From Tubiluchus corallicola (taxonomy: Eukaryota > Animalia > Priapulida), in assembly GCA_030141605.1 (NCBI GenBank), contig JAQGDQ010000041.1:434001-498000 (forward strand): a DNA stretch of 64,000 nucleotides, read 5' to 3'. Made by a program: the position numbers and the translations under genes. This document shows, piece by piece, positions 39,831 through 53,029 of the stretch. Under the pieces are notes generated by a model, which was given only the letters and a program-made list of their open reading frames with translations, was not told the origin of the DNA and made no database searches. Numbering within the stretch: position 1 is the stretch's first letter; each line of letters opens with the position of its first letter.

Positions 39831-40959
39831 CATTGTGTTAGTTTATATTGATTAAATAGTAATATTAATGTTATTTTCAACATTATGCTATATATATATA
39901 TGTGTCTATACTGCTAGTAGACATACTGTAATGCTTCTACTGTTTGTCTATTATCTGCACTCTACTCTGCTAAGTGTTACGTTTCATTGGCGAGAATATT
40001 CATCAGTTGTTAGAAACTGTCTGTTCAAGCAGTATTGTAATACCCGTTATTCAATAAAAATATGTTTAAACTAAATTGTTCTGATTGATAAATCCGTGTT
40101 TGTATTTAATGGTTATTGTAATGAAGAATTAATTTTTTTAAAGCAGCCCCAATTATTTTAAAAGCAGTCTAAGCTATTTGTATAATCGGCAAAAAGAGCA
40201 TTGAAGAACAAGAATTTCACTGATTTATTTTGCCACGTATAAGCGAATACCAAACGGCCATACTTTTGTGCATTGAAGAGTTGGTGCACACATTTTTGAG
40301 TTATCATACAGAAACAGAAAGCAAAATATTGTCTGTTGTGATTTATTCGCTGTTTACCATCAGCTTTTTTCAGATAAATTTTTGTATTAGGCACATATTT
40401 GGTTTTTTAATAGGATTTTCAGTGACTGTTACAATTATTAGAAAAGTAATTTTGGTACACCAAAAGTTCACCAAACCTTTCCGTTATTACAATCAAGATT
40501 TTTATACTGATATTTGGGGATAATATTTTGAAAAAATTCAGTGCATTCATATTCTCATTTATATGGACATATACTTATACCCACAATTGCAAGTTCAAGT
40601 TTTTTGGTACAGAACTGCAAACTAGGGATGCACTGAATATTCGGATCACAAAATTTTTTTGCCCGAATATCAGTATAAAAATCTGGTCCGGTAAACTTCA
40701 GTTGTAATCACTAAAGGTTCAGATAGTCTTTGTTATTCTGAGGTTGCTTTTTTAATAATTGTCATATCCGGTGAAAATTATGCTAAACAAACTGAATATT
40801 TCCCTATAATGCTTAAAAAATTTATCTGAGAAGCTGATAGTAAACAGTGGACATGACACAAGAGCTGACATTTTGTTTTCTGTTTCCGTATGATAACTCG
40901 AAGAATGCGACGCACTGTCGGTACACAAGTCATGTCAATGTACAAAAGTGGTGCTGTAT

Positions 40960-41960
40960 TTGCTTACAGAAATGAATGAGAAGTTTGAGAACTCGAGCTA
41001 GTAAACAATTGTAGTATTTCAGTTTTGCATTTACTATTGTAATACATTTGTAAAGAATTCCTTAAGCATAGAATTTTACCATATGTGCCTACTCTACTGT
41101 ATGTCTCGCAGTCAACAGCAAATTTAGACAATTTTATTCGTATGCCTGTGTCAATATTGATGAAGTCTGTAATAAAATTGTCTATTGATATTGATGACTG
41201 CAAGACGTGCAGTAGAGTAGGCACATACGATGAAATTCTGTCACTAAGGAACTCTTTACAAGTGTATTACAATTGGTTACAGATGTTATTCAATAAAACA
41301 AATGAAAACATATGACAGTTTCAAATTCACATCAAGATCATTTGTTCAATAACACTTCATTAAATGTAGTTCAGGAAGAGACTGAGTATATCATCTGACT
41401 TAAAAACTGAAAAGCACATCTCTATGAAAGTTAATAAAGCAAACATAATACTAGGCATGATAAATTGGACATTCATTAATAAAAATGTAAGCATAGTTAT
41501 CATACCATATATTTCTAAAGTACATCAAACTGTGGAATATGTTAGTCCTAGTTTGCTAAAGACAACACGTTTGATTGAGGGTGTCCAAGGAAAGGGTACA
41601 AAAATGGTTGATTTGCTGAAGAATGATCCTTATTGTCTGCGACTTAAGCGTCTAGGTCTACAAACATTAATTATTAACTAGAATGACGTGTGCCTGCCGA
41701 CATAATACAAACTCTCAAAGTCATTAAAGGAAATGAAGTGGAGGTTAGCAACTTCCAATTTAAGAGTCATGGGAGGACCATGCAAGGACACCAGTTACAA
41801 TGGTACAAGAAAAGAGCAAAGATAATTTAAGAAAATAGTTTTTAGCCATAAGATAGTGAGAACTGCTTACTGGAGGAATATACTTGTATATATGTGGAAT
41901 GGTTTACCTCAAAGGCCCATTTTAGTAATTACAGTTAATCGGTTTAAAAGGGCCATCCAT
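40960..41960 (+). mobile_element. 5'-truncated CR1-group LINE (RT C-terminal half) with an inverted duplication of its 5' end
   Basis: + strand IKLSIDIDDCK...YNWLQMLFN...KVNKANIILGMINWTF...LIEGVQGKGTKMV...RLKRLGLQTL; the - strand arm reads IKLSKFAVDCETYSRVGTY. Confidence 0.75.
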
Positions 41961-41969
41961 CCTAATGCT

Positions 41970-43150
41970 GAACTATGTTGTCACTTGATTGTAGTGACAA
42001 ATGACGGGACGCTAGTCCCCGGGGAAATACAATCAGTGATATCATTAATAAAGATAAGGAAACAGTATAGGCCACTCAAGGTTTCTTGGGGAATACCACT
42101 TACAGTAGGGCGCCATTCAGTGAAAATACCATTAAGAACAACACGATGGAAATGATGGGTAAGAAAGTAGCTGACCACTTAAGAAGCTTACCTCTTACAC
42201 CAAAATATTCCATCTTAAGTAAGAGACGTTTTGGGGGACAGAATCAAATGCCTTTTTAAAGTCGAGATAAAGTACATCAATACCAAGCGAAGTAGGATAT
42301 CAAAGAATCTAGTCGACTGATTTAAACACGGACGTAGATTAAAACGATTGAATGAAGTGGAATGGAACCATGCCGTAATTTACATATGCGTTCAGTTTGG
42401 ATGAGAAAGGTTTGAACCTTGTCTCACAACACAGATTCGGATTCAAAGCAATTGACAACTACTGATAACAAAATATGGGATGAAGATAATCAGACGAAGG
42501 ACATGCATTTGGCTGTTTAGGGATGGTGTTAACATTACAGTTAAACCAACATTGAGTGAGGACTCCAGAATCAAGAGTTTTACGGAACAAAAGAAAAAAG
42601 GGAAAGTAAGCTGAAGAACACAGGATTTCAAAATAAAGCCATGAACTTCAAATGGCCTTGTAGCCTGAAATAGTGTTAAGTTAATAAGGTTAGCATACAC
42701 ATTGTTAATACTGAATTTGTAATTCAGAGAATCAGCATTCCAGCCAGAAGAAGGAATAGGCAAGACATTATCATCAGACTTATGAGAGAAGAAAGATGCA
42801 AGAACATCATTTATTGTAGAAGTGACCTGCTCGCTAAAAGGCTTCAAAAGAGTATAAAACTTACTACCTGACGACTTGGCATTTTTGCTCAGTCCACTTG
42901 CGAGTCCAATTTCATACCTCATCCTTGCATGGCGAATAAACAACCTTAACTGCTCGGATTGTCTGGTACAGTCAGCATGTGTGTTAGACAAATTAGTATG
43001 GCTCCACAACCTCCAAAGTTTAAGCTTCTTAGATTTAGCTTGACAAACACACTTGTCATTTGCCCAGGGTCGGACCTTTTACGATCAGACTTAAAGGTTC
43101 CCCTTAGTGGGACAAAATTATCAACAGCATCACGAAAGTTGATTTTTTTC
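41970..43150 (-). mobile_element. Decayed CR1/L2-type LINE RT fragment
   Basis: LYLDFKKAFDSV, GVRGKLLKW, RVVLNGIFTEWRPTVSGIPQ...FLIFINDI; frameshifted. Confidence 0.8.
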
Positions 43151-44597
43151 AGGACAACTGGATAGTAGAAGTTCTAAAAAATTCTTATCATGAATAGGAA
43201 ATTAACATGCTGGGTTTACAAAATTTTCATTAATTATTTCTAAACACAAAACATCAAAAACACTGCTAAACTAAGTTAGGCATATCGAAATCACCACAAA
43301 TCACAGTATCATTATTAGCACATAAATCAATTGCTTTTCCAATTTCACAAAGAACACCAGTATTACAAATACCAAATGTAGCAATATAAACAGAGTTACA
43401 TGAATGATAAACACATAAAATATTCAACTTTTGTATGTTAATGCTATTAATTATATTACAGACCGAAATTTAGATTGGATTCATGAGAAACAAGTCTGCG
43501 AACATAGAGTTTTTCTACAGCACGATACCAGTATCCTTAACTATTACCCATACGTTCTTGCTCGATGTATATGAATTATATATATATCATTACAGTGACC
43601 ATATGAAAACGCCAAAAAGGTTGTACGGTATGCATGTGCGTATTACATAACCCAGTCTTAAGTTCTTTACACACAAGGCCACCAAAATTAAAGCCATAAC
43701 AAGTGTCAACAATTGACTGGGTAGCAAAGGTGAGTTTGAGTTGAGTTAAAGCCGCAGAAACTTACCTTACCAAAATTAAATGATCCCAAGGATTAAACTT
43801 TTAATACATACGGCTGCTATTAAATGTGACTACTAAAAATAGAATAATCGTAACAACAACAATATAAAGTTCAGCCAAAAAAAACTCAAGGTTAATTAGT
43901 GGTTATAAAATACGAAAACACAAAATTAGCATAAAAACGGTAGAAAACTCTGCCATGATGTTTTAGCTTAGCAGGTCACGATATCTCAAAAACTAATGCA
44001 CCGAGCAATTTGCACGACTTCGTCACAGTTGTAAAAACCTTCTACAAGTGAACTAAAACATTTTTTGAGTTGTTGTTACCCAGCTGCCCACGATGCGTTG
44101 CTCACCCAATTTGAAAAAAGAAATAATTAAAATTGTTTCCATAAAACAATCTTTGAAATGTGTTGTTAAGAACTGGTCTGGTAAACCCACACAGAACTCC
44201 TGACAACTCCTTGTGCCGGAAGTCCTATGGATAAAGCAACTGATTTGCCTCTACTTTCCTGAAAGTGCAAAATGCTTATTATAAAACTAAAATGTTGAAT
44301 AGACATTCTAAAAATTAATATTTTCGGGCAAACATCAAACGAGTTCTTTAATTCGAATTTGATTCAAAGCTAAAATTATGGATTCGAATAATTCATCGCT
44401 TCAATTACATAAGTTCTTTATCACTAAAGGTTGAAATAATATGCGTATATCTCTAGATAATGACACCCTTTTGGTGTCAGCATCTAGAGATGTATCAAAT
44501 TGGTACCGCTTGTACCAATTTGCACTCCCCTGACTAACGTTCCCACTTTTTTGCGCGTTTTTCTCACATTTTTTTCTGTGTTATTAGTGGTACAATG

Positions 44598-44967
44598 TGT
44601 TGTGTTTTGTTTCTGTTGTATTAAGGCTCGTAGAGAAAACCGGAACACACACAGTAAAATAAAACTACTTTATTTAGCAAGAATTCTACACACAAAAGTA
44701 TGAAGGAACTAGAAAAGATTGTACTAAACGTGAAAATCTGGAAAACGTTTAAGTATATCTGAAAAGGTAAGTATACAATTACAAGTCCGTGTTAGATCTG
44801 CGTGCTCTGTGTGTGAACCCATGTCGGCAGTTTGCTTCGCCTTATATAGCGCGCTGTAGAAACTTCTTGAACAAATGTTCGAGAACAATCCAGACAGTAA
44901 GACGGTCATTCCGATGGAACATTCTAGGATTTTTATGCAATCCTACTTGACATCAGTGATCTCCACA
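44598..44967 (-). repeat. 3' LTR (~370 bp)
   Basis: TGT...ACA ends; ~90% identical to 49321-49688 by eye; on the - strand preceded by polypurine tract GGTGGGGAGG (44971-44980); TATATAA and AATAAA on the - strand. Confidence 0.95.
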
Positions 44968-44999
44968 GCACCTCCCCACCGAAATTGATGCTGTCTCCA

Positions 45000-47900
45000 A
45001 AGCATCAGCCACAAAGTCTCTCTCTTGGCTTGGGTGTCCTCTTGGATCATTTGGCATTGTCCGGTCCATACTCAGGCACATGTGGCTTGGTCTCGGACAT
45101 GGACTGAGGTGCTCTGGTCTGCTTCAGGGTTTCTGGCAATTCTTCCAGGATCTCCACTGGATGATCAGGTGGAAGCTCAGAAGAAAGATCCGTCTCCTCA
45201 CCAGGCTCGTAGTCCTCTGCAGAAGAGTAGCGTGGACGTAGCTTTTCCCAGTGTCGTCTCCACACTGGACCATGAGGAAAGACCTTAACGTTGAAGCAGC
45301 GAGTACCCAAAGCTTTCTTGATGACCGCTGGTACCCATCGGGGATGTCCATCTCGATGAAGTCCATAGTACAGAGCATAGACAGGCTCTCCAGCCTTGTG
45401 CTGCTTGGTGACCTTGGCGATACCTCCCGAGTCTGAGTGCAGCGAGATGGCTCCTTGGATTGCTTGCCCTGAGTGGTGTGTGCTGGCGAGGGTAGCAAGG
45501 AGTCGATCCTTGTCAGTATCTGTCGAGACATCAAGAGTTCATTCGGAGAGAATCCACAGGATGTCAGTGTTCTCTGGTACAGCATCAGAAATGCTTGAAG
45601 AGCTCGTTTCGGGGGCAGAGAAGACTTTCTGAGTGCTTGCTTAAATGTCTGCACCAATCGTTCTGCTGCTCCATTGGTAGCTGGATGGTATGGTGCTCCT
45701 GTGAGATGTGTGATCCTATGTTCTCTGCACCAGCTCTGGAATGCATCAGACATGAAGGTTGATGCATTGTCTGTGACCAGCGTGTGAGGTAATCCGAAGT
45801 GAGCAAAGTCCTCTTCCAGCAGATCTAGAGTGGCTCTAGTGGACGTGGAAGACGTAGGGTGAATGCATGGATACTTTGAGTAAGACCCGTGATCACCAGC
45901 CAGTTTGCACCCATGAAGTTTATGCGTGATCCAGGTGTAAGTGGCTCCATGGCTTCTCTGGTAGCATCCATGGGTGAACTGCAGGCTTGGATGGCTTGTT
46001 TTGATGTTCTCCGCATGAGTCACATCGTCGGCTAGCCATGTCGATAGCTGCATCGATACCAGGGCCAGTAGACAGCAGTTCTTGCCAACTGTTTCATGCG
46101 TTCCATGCCGAAGTGCCCGATATGCAGTAGATCCAGGATCTTGGATTGCAGGCTTTGTGGAATCACAACTCTTGATCCATGGATGAGGCACCTGTGGCAG
46201 ATACTGAGTGAATCCGACAATTTCTGGAACTTTTCGACTTCTTCGTTGATCTCAGCGTGTTGGGCGGCCATCCTTCTTGGACGTAGTGCATGACCGTAGC
46301 TAGCACTGGATCTTTCCCTGACTCTTGTCGGAGGATGTTGGCTTAACTTGAAGACTGAGAACTTTAATGGCACACACTGTGTCCATGTGTTCACCATTTT
46401 CCTCCCTGTCGAAGTCGTTGTCGTCTCCAGATCACTAAGGGCATCTGCATTGCCGTGATCTGCTGTGTTCCGGTACTCAATGGTGTAGTCAAACTGGTTT
46501 AGCCACAGGGCCCACCGAGCTAGACGATTAGCTGTAAGAAGTGGCGTCCCTTTCTTCGGTCTGATGAGTGAAGTCAGTGGCTTATGATCAGTCACCAGTG
46601 TGAAATGACGCCCGTAGAGGTACTGGTAGAATTTCCGTAAGCCGAAGATTATGGCCAGGGCTTCCATATGTATTTGGCTGTAGTTCCTTTCTGCAGCTGT
46701 GAGAGTCTTGGACACATTGGCAATTGGGCGCTCGCTTCCGTCCGGATAGCGATGAAACAGGACAGCTCCAATTCCAACGTTGGATGCGTCACAAGCCAAT
46801 CCCAGAGGCTTGTCTGGGTCGAAATGCACAAGGACTTGATCTGAGGATAGCACATTTTTCAGCGGTTGAAATGCTGTTTGCTCCTCATCTCCCCACTTCC
46901 AGGGGATTGTCTTCTTGGTCAAGCGGTAAAGAGGATCTGCCATAGTAGCCAGGTTTGGGATGAACTTCCCGTTGAACTGAACCGAGCCAAAGAAAGCAAG
47001 CTCGAGATGTCTGTAGGAGGCGGCATCTTCATGACTGCCTCGACATTGGATCCTTTTGTGACTCCTTTGGCTGCTAAGGTGTGTCCAAGATATTCAATAC
47101 TTGGTTGTGCGAACAAGCACTTTTTACGACGACATCTGAGTCCTTTGTCGTTCAGACGAGTGAGCAAGCGTCTCAGGTTGCTCAGGTAATCCTTTGCGTC
47201 TTGCCCGCTGACAAGGATATCATCTTGGAAGACGGCAACTCCAGGCAGATCACTGGTCAGGTTCTCCATGATCTCCTGAAAGTAACCAGGCGCTGACTTG
47301 ATTCCGAAAGGAAGTCATTGCTGCAGGAGTACACCACGGTGGGTACTGAGAGCTAGCCTGCATTGACTCTCGGGTGCCAGCTTAATCTGGTTGTATGCAT
47401 CAGCAAGGTAGATGTTCGTGTAGCCACATCCGCTTCCCAGCTTCTGCATCAGTTCCTCTGGGAGTGGCATTGGATGACGGTGGTCCTCTAGCTGATCGTT
47501 GATGCCGACTGAGTAGTCACCATAGATCCACAATTTGTGCTTCTGGGTGCCCGGAGTGTAAGCTTTATGAATCGGTGCCACTGGCGTTCCGTATTCGTTG
47601 AACTGGACTGGCTTCCAGACACCTTCGGCGATGCCTTCTTCATAACCTTTGGCCAGGTCATCTCGAAGAGCGAATCGAACCAGTCGTGCCTTGTGAAAAA
47701 CCGGCTTCGCGTCAGACTCGAACTTCACTTCCAGTTCGAAGTCCTTAAGACCCCAATTCTTCTTTGAAGAGATCTGGGAACTCGTCACACAGGTTGTGGC
47801 AATGTCGTTGCAGGGAAGCATAAGTCGTGTAACAGGTCTCCGGATGTGACGCTTTTGCACCCTTGCTCTTGTCTTGACTCTCTATGCTTCTCAGTCCTAG

Positions 47901-49276
47901 TGCATTGTCTACAGAAATTCCCAGCTACTGGATAGCATTTCGTCCAAGCAGGTTCAGGTCAGGCATATTGGTGACGATGTAGAATATTGAGCTTTGTTTG
48001 CCAGTTCTTGGATCCTTGGTTTGGCCGATGAAAGTTCCCAGCACTGGCAGGTCATGCTTGCTGGCAGACTCGTAGCGATGTCTGAAGTCATCCAGCTTTG
48101 GCTTGCCCAGTTGCTTCCAGACCGGTACTGAAAAAGAAAATTTCCCGATGTTGCAGTGTCAAGTTCCATTGTTAACTGTTGGTCTTGGATGTCGACTTTG
48201 ACGTCCAATCTAGGAGAGTCGTCGGGAACTTCTCCAAGGACCGCCTTGACAAGCTTATCTTTCCCGATTCTTCTCACGGACTTTCCAGATTTTTGGTCCC
48301 GTTGCTGTCGTTGCTTCTTCATGTAGACAGCCTCCAAATGTCCTTTCTTGTCACAGAAATGGCACTTGGCATCTTTATATGGACAGTCAGTCACTTTGTG
48401 GCCCTTTCTACAACGGTAGCACTTTGTATTCGTGTCTGTGGAATGTGACTGCTGCTGGTTCTTACGTTGACCCATGTTCTGGTTCAGCTTGACTTTGTTG
48501 ACAGGCCTGGGCTTGGGACCGTAAACAGTTTCCTTGACAGCTTTTGCCGCGTCTTCAGTCTCGGCAGCGATTTGGATAGCATGGGTGAAAGTCAGCTCTT
48601 CATCCTTGATTTTGAAGATAGCTTTCAAAACAGCTTTGTTATTGATGGAGCATATGAACCTCTGTCTCAGAGCTTCATCTAGTGGGTTTCGGATTGAAGG
48701 AAAGTCACATGTAGCAGCGTCTTGGCATATGCGGGCTGCTAACTCATGGGGTGTTTTGCCTGGCTTCCTTTGCATGTTACTCCAGAACTTGAAACATTCA
48801 CGCAGTATGAAAAGATTCGGGTCAAACTCTTCCTTCATAAAGTCGACAATTTCATCAATTGTCAGTTCTTTGATATCCTTGGGTGGAGACTGTTGTGTCG
48901 CTAGATTTGCCAGTTGTTTGTAAACACATACAGTCTGATTTGTTAGGAAAACTTGAGCCTGGCATTGGTCAGGCACTGCGTTGGCTGCCACGAAGGTACA
49001 AAATCTTGACCAGTAGTCAGGCCACAGTTCAGAAGTAGGATCGAAAGCAGCAAATGGTGGAATGGCAGCTGTAAGTGTGGATGCATGTGGTAGGTGGGTG
49101 CTTGGGCTGTAGTTCTCTTCAGGAGTTCGAGCCTGAAGCAGCCTCCTCATAGCATCCATATCTTCTCTATGTTGCTGTGCCTGCCGATCCATTTGTTCTC
49201 TCTGCTGATCTAACTGCTGGTGGAGGAGCTTGATAAGTTCGCCCATCTGCTCTGCCATCATTGCTTGAATAAACAA
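45000..49276 (-). pseudogene. Disrupted gag-pol of the Gypsy element
   Basis: ORF pieces 47954-49276 (gag-PR), 47315-47860 and 46919-47269 (RT), 46032-46943 (RNase H/IN zinc), 45124-46191 (IN core) lie in different frames. Confidence 0.9.
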
Positions 49277-49320
49277 CTGTCCACTGAGTTACCAAGGATC
49301 CTGTCGAATGCCCCAATATT

Positions 49321-49688
49321 TGTTGTGTTTTGTTTCTCTTGTAAGGCTCGTAGAAAAAAACAGAAAACACGCCGTAAAATAAAACTACTTTATTTAGCGA
49401 GGATTCTACACACAAAAGTATGAAGGAACTAGAAAAGATTGTACTAAACGTAAAAATCTGGAAAACGTTTATGTATATCTGAAAAGGTAAGTATACAAGT
49501 TTAAGTCCGTATTAGATCTGCGTGCTCTGTGTGCAAACCCGTGTCGGCAGCCTGCTTCGCCTTATATAGCGTGCTGTAGAAACTTCTTAAACAAATGTTC
49601 GAGAACAATCCAGACAGTAAGGCGGTCATTCCGACGGAACATTCTACGATGTTCTATGCAATTCTACTTGATGTCAGCGATCTCCACA
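49321..49688 (-). repeat. 5' LTR, followed by a degenerate primer-binding site
   Basis: Just inside, the - strand reads TGGGGCATTCGACAGGAT (~49298-49315), resembling the complement of a tRNA-Ser 3' end with mismatches. Confidence 0.92.
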
Positions 49689-49691
49689 ATG

Positions 49692-50000
49692 GTATTCCAA
49701 TTTTTCTGTGACCACCAGCATGAGTGCTGGAGGCTGTTTTGTTTGGAAATCTTGCTCAATCTGTCCATCCCATAGATGTTTCTTTCTCATGCCGTCCATG
49801 GAATGCATAATATTCGACACAGACACCTCTTGTTGAAACTGTCCAACTTTTCATACATTAGTAATGTTAGAACCAGACTGTCCATTTCATACACTAAAAC
49901 AGAGATTACATTTGCTGCTGTCTACTCCCTACTTCATCTCCAGACTAACAAGTCTATTCAACCAGACGCAAGAGAAATTTGCAACTACAGCAGAGTGGTC
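49692..50000 (-). mobile_element. RTE-type LINE C-terminal remnant abutting the Gypsy 5' LTR
   Basis: - strand NVISVLVYE...LDSFNKRCLCRILCIPWTA...KQPP resembles the RTE ORF end (VLLYGxETW...RCLRRILxIxW). Confidence 0.65.
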
Positions 50001-51825
50001 AGATCTGTAACTGAAACTGAAATAAACATTACTACAAGCCACATGGTCATGGAATACAGGCCAGCTAGACTTTGGTCTTATCTACATGAGATTTTTGATT
50101 TTGATTTATATTTAGTCCGAGAAGAATTTCAGATTTAAATTGACTTTTGACTTTGAACTGTTCGATCAAGGGCATTGACTACCCTACTTTTACATCTACC
50201 ACTACAACAAGTAGTCGAAGGGGGTTTGTGCTACTCACACTCTATGAGTCGGGAGTCTCTTGCAATTTTGCGTTGACTCACTGACTCAGTAAACTATACT
50301 GCGATATAAAGTCGAGGAAACATGTCGGAGTAACGTATTTTATGAAATTGGAAGTCAAAATCAAATCAAACCAAATCAGTTAAAAACAAATACATCAGAC
50401 AAAAAAAGACAGAAAATTTAAGAAACCGAAAAACTGATAGACCAACAATATTCTTTGTATGATGCGTCTTACCCTGTTCTTAATTTACTTGATGTAGACA
50501 ATCATTAGAAATCTCCTGATAAATTCATGCGCTGCGAATGCAGAATTTTAACGCTGATTACAAATCTCCTTACCTGTGCTGGACTGCTGCCTGGTTACAT
50601 TAAAAAGTTGCTACTTTACTTTCAAGTCTCGTGACATTGCTAGTTACAATATGAATTTCAAAATACTGTATACAAGTATCGTGACTTGTACAGCTCTGTA
50701 CTATAAAGATATATGCATTTATATATAGATATTTTCAAACTAGTGACAACTTTATTCAGCATTAACGTACGTTTGGGTGGCCGTTTTCAGCTCATTGGCT
50801 ATAACTGCTACAATAGTGATTACTCCCGTACACTGTTTCGTGATCCAACTGCGCTTTCTACATAATTAATTTGCATTGATTTAGAAATTCATGACCTGAA
50901 ATTTTCTGGTTAGAAAAGTATTTTATACTGATTATAAATCTGCCGGTCTGAGGAGGACACATGTTGACGCTTGTACTGTTTTCAAAAGTGGCTTGATTAC
51001 AAAATCTATTGATCTGTGCTGGCTACAGAAACAGTTAATGCTGGTTACAAATTTCGTAGCCTGGCTGATTACAGAAGCCTCTTCAACTATTATATTTACA
51101 TGATCAGTTTTTGAACTGTGAAATTGAAACTGACAAACAAGTACAAATGTAAGAAAGTTTGGTGCAAGAAAGTTTGTTACGAGGAAAGTTTGGTATTGGT
51201 GAAATTTGGCAATAGGAATTTTGATGCTAGGTACTATGATCTTTTGATAAAAGGAATTTTTAGTACGAGGAAAATGTGGTACCAGGATTGTTTAGTACGA
51301 AGACATATTAGTACAAAGAAGTTTTGAACTTTTGGTACTAGGAAAATATGGTACGAAGAAAATTTCATACTAGGAAAGTTTGGTACTGGAAAATGTGACA
51401 CTAAACGAAAAAAGAGTTATCTATAATGCAGTATAAAATAATTGTTTCAACCCGAAAATAGGAAGTTCCCTATAGAGAAATGTATCCGCGGGGAGGAAAG
51501 TTGGTAAAACGATAGTTTGGTTTATTAAAATGCTCAAAACATAATAATTAATAGTGCATGACAGCTAAAATTTTATCACACATTTGAGAATTCCGCAAAT
51601 CTGTAAGGTCTCTCTGAAAGACTCGGTCAATTTGTTCTTTTTTCGGGAAAAATGGTGTTTTTTCTTTTACAAACCTTGTCAAACTAAGATGAGAACAAGG
51701 CAATGATGGGGCAATCACTGGAATTTGTAAAGAACATTTTGTAGCATAGTTTGGTTTTGCGCGAGGCACACAATATGGAGTGAGAGCTGTTCTTCTTGGT
51801 GCTTTTACTGCTGCTGCTGGCGGTG

Positions 51826-52710
51826 CGGGGTAAAAATGGTACATGAAAAAATGGCACGGTAGGTATAATGGCACAAATGGAAAAATAGGGAAAAAATGGC
51901 ACATATGTTATTTGCATTTAATTGGTTTCTATAATAAAACTAGAACGTGTTCAGTACTGCCAAAGCTAAACAATCCTAAATTTGTTCCTCTGATTCTTTT
52001 GATTAAAAAAAGTAAACACAAAGATAAACGAGCAAACATACAAAAACGTACATGTATTAGTATTGTATAGACTAGCAAAAACTCACAAAATATTTGTTCA
52101 TTAAATAGATTTATAATCAATAATGTACGAATGTTCCGCATAGTGTTTATCTACATTTTTAACCATTAATTTTAACGATGGTAATAAAGTGCCAAATATG
52201 TACGTGCCAATTCACCTTATAATGCTATACACATTAATAGGCAAAGGTTAGAGACAGCGTTACACAGTTGTACAAGCGAGAATATCTCGAAATGGAACTG
52301 GAACTTACTTGTAGTTGTTTGTCCAGGTAGAGATAACACGTAAACACTCCCTCTGAGACCACTAGGAAATGCTTTACGAATGTTTTTTTGTACATGGTGT
52401 TCCGTCAAGTTTTGCGAGAAAAGAACCGGCGAAAAGATTCCCAATTTGGCACCCGATATCTGCCTTCTCCACAAAGTTTTTTGGAAATCTGTTAGTTAGT
52501 TTTTGCGTAATAAGCTCGCTGTCATAGCAGACAAAAAGCAAACAAACAGAAAAGTAAACAAACTCTGTTGAAGTTAAACTTCATTGGTAAAGGTAAAAAT
52601 AACTAAAATAATTATCCTCTACTGTAACCCTAACCCGAAACACATATTTTACTAAGCGTACCATTTTTACCAGGGCCACTTTTTCCTGTGCCATGTTTAC
52701 CTACATTCGC
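51826..52710. mobile_element. TIR element with AAAAATGGCAC subrepeats, nested in the foldback element
   Basis: Left GGTAAAAATGGTAC...AAAAAATGGCAC; right GTACCATTTTTACC...GTGCCATGTTTACC. Confidence 0.7.
52211..52597 (+). mobile_element. Possible Helentron-associated (HINE/DINE-like) short element
   Basis: 5' ACCTT...AAAGGT short IR; CCACAAAGTTT..GGAAATCTGTTAGTTAGTTTTTGCGTAAT core; (CAAA)n-like tract; 3' TTCATTGGTAAAGGTAA. Confidence 0.4.
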
Positions 52711-53029
52711 TGCTGACAGTGGCGATAGTGATGGTGTAATACTTCCTCAGTACTAAGCTTTCCTAGTACCAAGCTTGTTCCGTACCATTTTTACATTGTA
52801 CCATATTTACTTGTACGAAAAATGCTTGACAAAACTTCGCTAGTACTGTATTTACTAGTACCATGTTTTCTCTGTAGCAAATTTTCCCAGTACCAAAATT
52901 TCCGCATACCAGAAATTCTTAGTAGAAAATTATCCCACTACCAAAATTTCAATGTACCAAAATTACAATGACCAAACTTACTTATACCAAACTTACAGTG
53001 CACTACCAAAAACTGATTAGACGTTATCA

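Larger units (their letters stand above)
44598..49688 (-). mobile_element. Full-length but decayed Ty3/Gypsy (Mag-like) LTR retrotransposon
   Basis: Paired LTRs; gag with CCHC knuckles; protease LDTA; RT (ADAYNQI, FQDD); RNase H (LACDAS..GIGAVL); integrase (HFGMERMKQLAR, VTDNA, PYHPATNGAAERLV); PR-RT-RH-IN order; multiple frameshifts; CAATG at 44593-44597 and 49687-49691. Confidence 0.95.
51141..53010. mobile_element. Foldback-type element with arrays of subterminal repeats
   Basis: Left arm 51141-51400 has many GGAAAGTTTGGTAC variants; right arm 52744-53010 has the complementary GTACCAAA(A)TTT variants. Confidence 0.65.

Noticed and set aside
41140-43150. One LINE broken by an internal inversion
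   Set aside because: Both fragments include the FADD-region sequence and differ there, so they look like two separate insertions lying tail to tail.
38955-44400. hAT-like ends (TA[AG]GGATGCAC at ~38955 and ~40623; possible partner near 44390)
   Set aside because: Could not pair the termini or find an 8-bp TSD.
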